From an uncultured Christensenella sp. (GTDB lineage: Bacteria > Bacillota > Clostridia > Christensenellales > DTU072): a stretch of 64,000 nt of DNA. Within the stretch, counting starts at the first letter, position 1, and each line of letters begins with the position of its first letter. The position numbers and the translations under genes are program-made. The notes under the pieces are model-generated. The model ran no database searches. It saw only the letters and a program-made list of their open reading frames with translations, and was not told the origin of the DNA. Location: the NCBI GenBank assembly GCA_964620655.1, contig CAZUJW010000002.1:4144-68143 (forward strand), read 5' to 3'. Positions 59,032-64,000 of the stretch are shown here, piece after piece.

Positions 59032-59353
59032 AATGCTCTTCTCCTTTATGGAATTGACTATCTTTTTCTTCACGTTCTTCTTTGGCTTTTTTGTTGTCGT
59101 TGACTTTGTTAATTATGCTTATTATTAAATCTGCGACTACTATTACGAGATTAAATACGTACAGCCACAAAACGTATCCCGTGTTGCCGCCGACGATTTT
59201 GCTCGTTATGCCGCAAATATAACCGATAATTATTACAATGGTGAAAATAAGGCTCTTGCCTTTGCTGCTTTTTGCCTTGATGCTCTTGACTACCGATATC
59301 GGCCACGATATTCCGAAACATATCAACATGAGCATTTCGAATATTTCTTTCAT
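59015..59353 (-). CDS. Small membrane protein (3 predicted TM helices, Lys/Glu-rich tail)
   Basis: 112 aa, hydrophobic N-terminal 85 aa. AGGAAAG-type RBS region. Confidence 0.5.
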   Translation of the reverse strand: MKEIFEMLMLICFGISWPISVVKSIKAKSSKGKSLIFTIVIIIGYICGITSKIVGGNTGYVLWLYVFNLVIVVADLIISIINKVNDNKKAKEEREEKDSQFHKGEEHYVKGC

Positions 59354-59451
59354 CTTTCTTTCCTCCGTTTGTTCACCTACAGTATACTCTTGACAATTTA
59401 TAATGTATAATATATATTATTTATGAAAACAATAACTTTAAGGAATATATT

Positions 59452-60354
59452 ATGGAACTGTCGGAACTTAAATATTTTTACGAAGTGGCGAAGACCGAAC
59501 ACCTTACGAAAGCCGCGGACGCTCTTCACATATCTCAGCCCGCGTTGACGAAAACCATAAAAAATTTGGAAGAAGAGTTGGGTGTAAAACTTTTTTATAA
59601 GGACGGAAGGAGAATCCGCCTCAACGAGTACGGGCGTTTTCTCAAAGAAAAATTAGAGCCTATATTAAAAGAAATCGACTTGCTCCCCGCTTCGATAGAA
59701 AAACTAATCGACATGTCGCAAAACGTCATAGTCGTAAACGTCCTTGCGGCGTCCACCCTTATCACCGATATAATTATCGAATTCAAAAAGAATAATCCCG
59801 ACGTCGTGTTCAGAATGTTGCAGAAAGAATCGGAAAAAAACTACGATGTATTAGTCACGACCAACGCTACCGTCCCCGACAACCCCGTCCACATAAAAAC
59901 ACGCGGAATAATAGAAGAAAAAATTTACGTCGCCGTTCCGAAAAACTCCGACCTTGCCGAACGGGACTCCGTCCGCCTGTCGGAATTGGCGGGGCACGAC
60001 TTTATCGCATTGTCGGGTTCTCGCAGATTCCGCCCTCTTTGCGACGCATACTGCGAATACGCCGGGTTCACTCCGCAAGTAGTATTCGAAAGCGACTCCC
60101 TTATCGCCGTCAAGAACCTTATCTCCGCAGGTATCGGCGTGGCGTTCTGGCCCGAATTTTCGTGGGGCAAAATAGACGGACACAATATAAAACTTCTCGA
60201 AATAGAAAAACCCGTCTGCCAAAGAGAAATCATAGCCTATCTCAGCGACAAAGAAAAAAACGACTCGGTATCGGAAAAGTTCTTCGTCTTTTTAATGAAA
60301 AAACTTTCCGAACGGCAAGCAAGAACGTCGCCCGATTTGCGAAACGAAAACTAA
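59452..60354 (+). CDS. LysR-family transcriptional regulator
   Basis: N-terminal HTH (LKYFYEVAKTEHLTKAADALHISQPALTKTIKNLEEELG) and a LysR substrate-binding domain. Confidence 0.85.
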   Translation: MELSELKYFYEVAKTEHLTKAADALHISQPALTKTIKNLEEELGVKLFYKDGRRIRLNEYGRFLKEKLEPILKEIDLLPASIEKLIDMSQNVIVVNVLAASTLITDIIIEFKKNNPDVVFRMLQKESEKNYDVLVTTNATVPDNPVHIKTRGIIEEKIYVAVPKNSDLAERDSVRLSELAGHDFIALSGSRRFRPLCDAYCEYAGFTPQVVFESDSLIAVKNLISAGIGVAFWPEFSWGKIDGHNIKLLEIEKPVCQREIIAYLSDKEKNDSVSEKFFVFLMKKLSERQARTSPDLRNEN

Positions 60355-60369
60355 ATTAAGGATACAAAA

Positions 60370-60401
60370 AATCGTCCGCCTTTTGACGGACGATTCGTTT
60401 T
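60370..60401. terminator. Bidirectional terminator (LysR gene / hom)
   Basis: Stem AATCGTCCG/CGGACGATT with an 8-nt loop. T-run downstream and A-run upstream. Confidence 0.75.
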
Positions 60402-60414
60402 TACGTTAGTTATT

Positions 60415-61689
60415 TTATTCTTCCACTCTGATAAGAGAATCCACACTCTGCACGCAAGGAAGTTTTTCTATCCTTTCGAGAGCTTTATTTATATTGTTTT
60501 CTCTCGTTTTGTGAATAAGGAAAATGATTTTCGCGACGCCGTTTTCCGATTCCTGTATCATAGTGTTGATACTGACTTTGTTTGTGGCGAACACGCCCGC
60601 GATTTTCGCAAGCACGCCCGTTTCGTCGTCCACGCTCATTCTTATGTAGTAATCGCAGAAAAAGTCCTTAGCAAAGTTCTTATCCGACACGTCGTTGCTA
60701 TTCTTAAAGGGCATATATTTGTGTTTTTTCTGCTGAGAAGCAAACACGATATCGCTGACTATTGCGCTACCCGTCGGCAAATCGCCCGCTCCGCGACCGT
60801 ACAGCATAATGTCTCCCACATTGTCGCCGACGATGTGAACGGCGTTAAAACTGCCTTTTACCGAAGCCAAAGGATGGGTATCGGGAATAAACGCGGGATG
60901 AACGCGCGCTTCTATCTTGCCGTTTACCTTCTTCGCTATGGCAAGAAGTTTCAACGTGTACCCGAAACGCTTACCGTAGGCTATGTCTTCTTTGCTTATT
61001 CTCGAAATTCCTTCCCTGTAAATCTTGTCAACGGGTACTTTGGTGTGGAAAGCAAGGCTCGAAAGAATGGATAATTTATACGTGCTGTCGAAACCGTCCA
61101 CGTCCGCGCTGGGATTAGCTTCGGCGTAGCCCAAACGCTGAGCTTCTTTAAGTACGTCTTCATATTCCTGCCCTTCGTCCGCCATTTTCGACAAAATGAA
61201 GTTGGTCGTGCCGTTAACTATGCCCATAAGGGATTCTATGTTGTTGCCCTGCATACTTTCGGTAAGAGTCCTTATTACGGGAACTCCCCCTACGCAACTT
61301 GCTTCGAAATACAACCCCGCTTTACCTTTCTTTGCGGCTTCTTCGAGTTCTCCCCAGTGTTTGCTGAAAAGTTCTTTATTCGCGGTTACGATACTTTTAC
61401 CGGCGAGCAAACACTTTATAAGAAAGGTTTTCGCAGGCTCTATCCCGCCGAAAAATTCCGCCACTATCGACACGTCTTTATCATTAACCACCTTGTCGAT
61501 ATCGGTGCTTACGATATTCATATCTACGCCCAACGCTTCAGCTTTTGCTCTGTCGCGTTCTATGATATGTCTTACTTCGACGTCCACGCCGTCGTTTTTT
61601 ATAATGTTGTCGCGGTTGGCTTTCAGTATGCGGTACGTTCCGCCCCCTACCGTGCCTAACCCTAATAAAGCTACTCCTACTTTTTTCAT
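60415..61689 (-). CDS. hom: Homoserine dehydrogenase with C-terminal ACT domain
   Basis: N-terminal GLGTVGGG NAD-binding motif. 424 aa. ACT-like C-terminus. Confidence 0.9.
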   Translation of the reverse strand: MKKVGVALLGLGTVGGGTYRILKANRDNIIKNDGVDVEVRHIIERDRAKAEALGVDMNIVSTDIDKVVNDKDVSIVAEFFGGIEPAKTFLIKCLLAGKSIVTANKELFSKHWGELEEAAKKGKAGLYFEASCVGGVPVIRTLTESMQGNNIESLMGIVNGTTNFILSKMADEGQEYEDVLKEAQRLGYAEANPSADVDGFDSTYKLSILSSLAFHTKVPVDKIYREGISRISKEDIAYGKRFGYTLKLLAIAKKVNGKIEARVHPAFIPDTHPLASVKGSFNAVHIVGDNVGDIMLYGRGAGDLPTGSAIVSDIVFASQQKKHKYMPFKNSNDVSDKNFAKDFFCDYYIRMSVDDETGVLAKIAGVFATNKVSINTMIQESENGVAKIIFLIHKTRENNINKALERIEKLPCVQSVDSLIRVEE

Positions 61690-62471
61690 TTTTGCATCTC
61701 CTTAACGTTATCGTTGTACAGCAAACGTAATCCTTTCAGCGACAAAGCTCTGTCCACGACGTCAATCATGTTTTCGTCGTTCTGCATGACGAGCTGGCTC
61801 ATACCGCCGGTAGCTATTACCTTTGCGTTCTCAAAACCTTTTTCCCCTTTCATTTTCTTCAAAATGTACTCGACCAAACCGGTAAACCCGTAAATTATGC
61901 CCGCTTGCATGTTTTCTACGGTGTTTTTCCCTATCACGCAGTCGGGTTTTACCAATTCTATTCTCGGTAATTTAGCCGCCGTGTTGACAAGACTTTCTGT
62001 ACTCGATTTAATACCGGGCGCAATAAGTCCGCCGGCAAACACACCGTCGGCGTTAACAGCACCGAACGTGGTAGCCGTGCCGAAATCGACGGTAATTACC
62101 GGTCCGCCGTAGAGTTTATACGCGGCGACGGCGTTTACTATCCTGTCGCTTCCCAATTCGCTACCGTTGTAGTCTATCTTCATTCCACACAAGTTTATAT
62201 GAGAACTTACGAATATGGCTTTCTTTTTCATATAATAGGAACACATATGTTCCAACGTGTAATTGATGCTCGGCGCGACCGAACTTATTATTATCCCGTC
62301 CACGTCGGAAAACGACCTGCCGCTCTGCTTCAATAAGTCGAACAAGACCATTCCGAACTCGTCCGCCGTACGCTTCCCGTCGGTAGCTATACGCCAAGTG
62401 GATACCGTCTTAATCTCATTGGCGAGTCCTATCTTTATGTTAGTGTTACCTACGTCCATTAAAAGTATCAT
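61686..62471 (-). CDS. coaX: Type III pantothenate kinase
   Basis: N-terminus LLMDVGNTNIKIG and the later DFGTATTF motif. Its stop overlaps the hom start (ATGA). Confidence 0.9.
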   Translation of the reverse strand: MILLMDVGNTNIKIGLANEIKTVSTWRIATDGKRTADEFGMVLFDLLKQSGRSFSDVDGIIISSVAPSINYTLEHMCSYYMKKKAIFVSSHINLCGMKIDYNGSELGSDRIVNAVAAYKLYGGPVITVDFGTATTFGAVNADGVFAGGLIAPGIKSSTESLVNTAAKLPRIELVKPDCVIGKNTVENMQAGIIYGFTGLVEYILKKMKGEKGFENAKVIATGGMSQLVMQNDENMIDVVDRALSLKGLRLLYNDNVKEMQK

Positions 62472-62571
62472 TCTTACCTCATTTACCTAAAATTTTACCA
62501 TAACGCAGAGTTTTACGCAAGAGAAAAGATTTTCGCAAGCGTTTTTATAAGGATACATATTAGTAAAAGCC

Positions 62572-62606
62572 GAAAAAACAAAAAGCACCCGAAATTATCG
62601 AGTGCT
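62572..62606 (-). terminator. Rho-independent terminator after rplQ
   Basis: On the minus strand: AGCACTCGA-taatt-TCGGGTGCT (one mismatch), followed by TTTTTGTTTTTT. Confidence 0.7.
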
Positions 62607-62630
62607 TTTAATTTGTCGTTAAACCGTTAA

Positions 62631-63146
62631 TTAGTCAACAAGTTCGAGAATACAAGTGGAAGCGTCGTCGCCGCGGCGGTTTCCGGTCTTTATTATGCGG
62701 GTATATCCGCCCTTCTGACCTAATTCTTCCGCTCTCTTATCGTACTTGGGAGCGTATTCTCCGAAGATTTTTTCGATAAGGGGATGGTTGATGTCGGCGG
62801 TTCTTTCACGGAAAGTTTCTTTGCTTTCCTTAGCTATCTTCTGTTCCTGTAAGTCGGGAAGCATAGCCATAAGACGTCTGCGCGCGTTCAACTTCGTCGG
62901 TCCGTCGTTGGTGAATTCTACTTCTATCTTTTCGTTCTTCTGATTTAATTTGGTTTTGGTTACTTTTACGGTGTCCTGATAGGAATTGATAGCGAGAGTA
63001 ATCATTTTTTCAGCTACTTTTCTTACTTCCTTAGCTCTTTCGACCGTAGTTTCGATTCTGCCGTTCCAAAGGAGCTGAGCCGCTTGCGAATAAACAAGCT
63101 CTACTCTTTGGTCGGTTCTCTTACCTAATTTGCGATTTTGTGCCAT
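62631..63146 (-). CDS. rplQ: 50S ribosomal protein L17 (unusually long, 171 aa)
   Basis: N-terminus RKLGKRTDQR and C-terminus GGYTRIIKTGNRRGDDA...ILELV are canonical. Extra internal residues sit between them. AAGGAGA RBS. Follows rpoA. Confidence 0.85.
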   Translation of the reverse strand: MAQNRKLGKRTDQRVELVYSQAAQLLWNGRIETTVERAKEVRKVAEKMITLAINSYQDTVKVTKTKLNQKNEKIEVEFTNDGPTKLNARRRLMAMLPDLQEQKIAKESKETFRERTADINHPLIEKIFGEYAPKYDKRAEELGQKGGYTRIIKTGNRRGDDASTCILELVD

Positions 63147-63160
63147 TTATATCTTTCTCC

Positions 63161-64000
63161 TTACTCGTCTTTATTATAGAGTCCCAATCCGAAACTCTCC
63201 AGCTTCTTGATAACTTCATCCAAGGACTTTCTGCCGAGGTTTCTGACCTTCAACATATCTTCCTCGCTTCTCTTTACCAAATCTTCTACCGTGAATATCC
63301 CTGCGCGTTTCAAGCAGTTGAGAGGACGGACTGAAAGGTCCAGCTCTTCGATGCTCATATACAACGCCTTTTGCTGTTCGTTGTCGTCCTTGTTTACCAA
63401 AATGTCTACGTCACCCATATCGTCTACAAGATTGATGAAGAGTTTAAGGTGATCGTTCATTATTTTGGCGGCAAGGCTTATTACCTTGCGGGGAGTCGTG
63501 GTAGCGTTGGTTTTGACGTTAATCGTCAGCTTGTCATAGTCGATGGACTGTTCTACACGGGTAGCCTCTACGGAGTAGCTGGCTGCAAGTACCGGCGAGA
63601 AGAGAGAGTCTATGGGAATATATCCGATAGGCTTCTGAACCACGGGCTTGTTCTTCGGTCCGGAAACGTATCCGCGTCCGGTTCCGATAGTAAGCGTCAT
63701 ATCGAAAGTATAGCCGTCTTCCAATGTGCAGATAAACGCGTCGGGGTTCATAACTTCCACGTCGGACGGAAGGTCGATATCCGCTGCGGTAATAACTCCG
63801 CCTGTGGACTTAACGAGCTTAACGTCGGTGGGAACGAAGTTTTCTTCGTTGTGAACTTTTATCGCTACGTCTTTAAGATTAAGAATGATTTCCGCCACGT
63901 CTTCCTTAACGCCGGGGACGGTGGAAAATTCATGCTTTACACCTTCGATTTGTATACCTATGATAGCTGCGCCGGGCAAATCCGTGCATAAAATTCTTCT
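63161..64000 (-). CDS. rpoA: DNA-directed RNA polymerase subunit alpha (5' end outside the window)
   Basis: The frame stays open to the window edge (RRILCTDLPGAAIIGIQIEGVKHEF matches the conserved N-terminal-domain motif). C-terminal domain motif ELDLSVRPLNCLKRAGI. Confidence 0.9.
   Translation of the reverse strand, partial: RRILCTDLPGAAIIGIQIEGVKHEFSTVPGVKEDVAEIILNLKDVAIKVHNEENFVPTDVKLVKSTGGVITAADIDLPSDVEVMNPDAFICTLEDGYTFDMTLTIGTGRGYVSGPKNKPVVQKPIGYIPIDSLFSPVLAASYSVEATRVEQSIDYDKLTINVKTNATTTPRKVISLAAKIMNDHLKLFINLVDDMGDVDILVNKDDNEQQKALYMSIEELDLSVRPLNCLKRAGIFTVEDLVKRSEEDMLKVRNLGRKSLDEVIKKLESFGLGLYNKDE

Noticed and set aside
59015-59073. Possible frameshifted single gene formed by 59015..59353 and 58504..59073
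   Set aside because: A GGAGAA RBS precedes an internal ATG at 59031, giving an ordinary 17-nt overlap of two genes. The upstream product is a complete small membrane protein with its own stop.

Overview
This 64-kb chromosomal window comes from a Firmicutes/Clostridia-like bacterium. Evidence: GGAGG-type RBSs, many lipoproteins, and Bacillus-like ywlC-rpiB-upp and ylbH-ylbI-ylbJ synteny. Most genes lie on the minus strand.

Housekeeping content: metNIQ, cysK, a Crp/Fnr regulator, an AEC transporter and an M23 peptidase. There is a complete F-type ATP synthase operon (a-c-b-[delta C-terminal domain fused to alpha]-gamma-beta-epsilon). It runs without a visible terminator into an aconitase-family gene, an rsmD::coaD fusion and a coiled-coil ORF. 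A complete nine-gene V-type ATPase operon sits directly downstream of upp, and its K subunit carries the full Enterococcus-type Na+-site residues. Also present: rpiB, tsaC/sua5, a TrpR-like yerC, an amino-acid ABC transporter, two FAD proteins, a LysR regulator, hom, coaX, rplQ and a partial rpoA. Five large secreted or lipid-anchored proteins (603, 898, 1044, 1326 and 2059 aa) are encoded.

The most unusual region is a ~900-bp gap (36180-37105) with no credible ORF.
- It holds seven tandem (A/G)GTGAAGTT motifs, each followed by a different perfect mini-hairpin.
- Inverted copies of the same unit lie ~430 bp away.
- The core between them has a 14-bp perfect long-range complement, strong hairpins and a G3N1 x4 quadruplex motif.
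- I could not match it to any RNA class I know. It is either a novel structured RNA or long leader, or a small repeat-bounded non-autonomous element.

Other points:
- An orphan consensus promoter plus terminator defines a ~240-nt candidate sRNA (41.3-41.6 kb).
- An HTH-fused DUF3990 (ADP-ribosyltransferase-like motifs) plus small partner cassette lies beside the atp promoter.
- At least three probable leaderless genes share a TTGTAA-17-TAYAAT-7-ATG layout, each preceded by its own odd repeat array.
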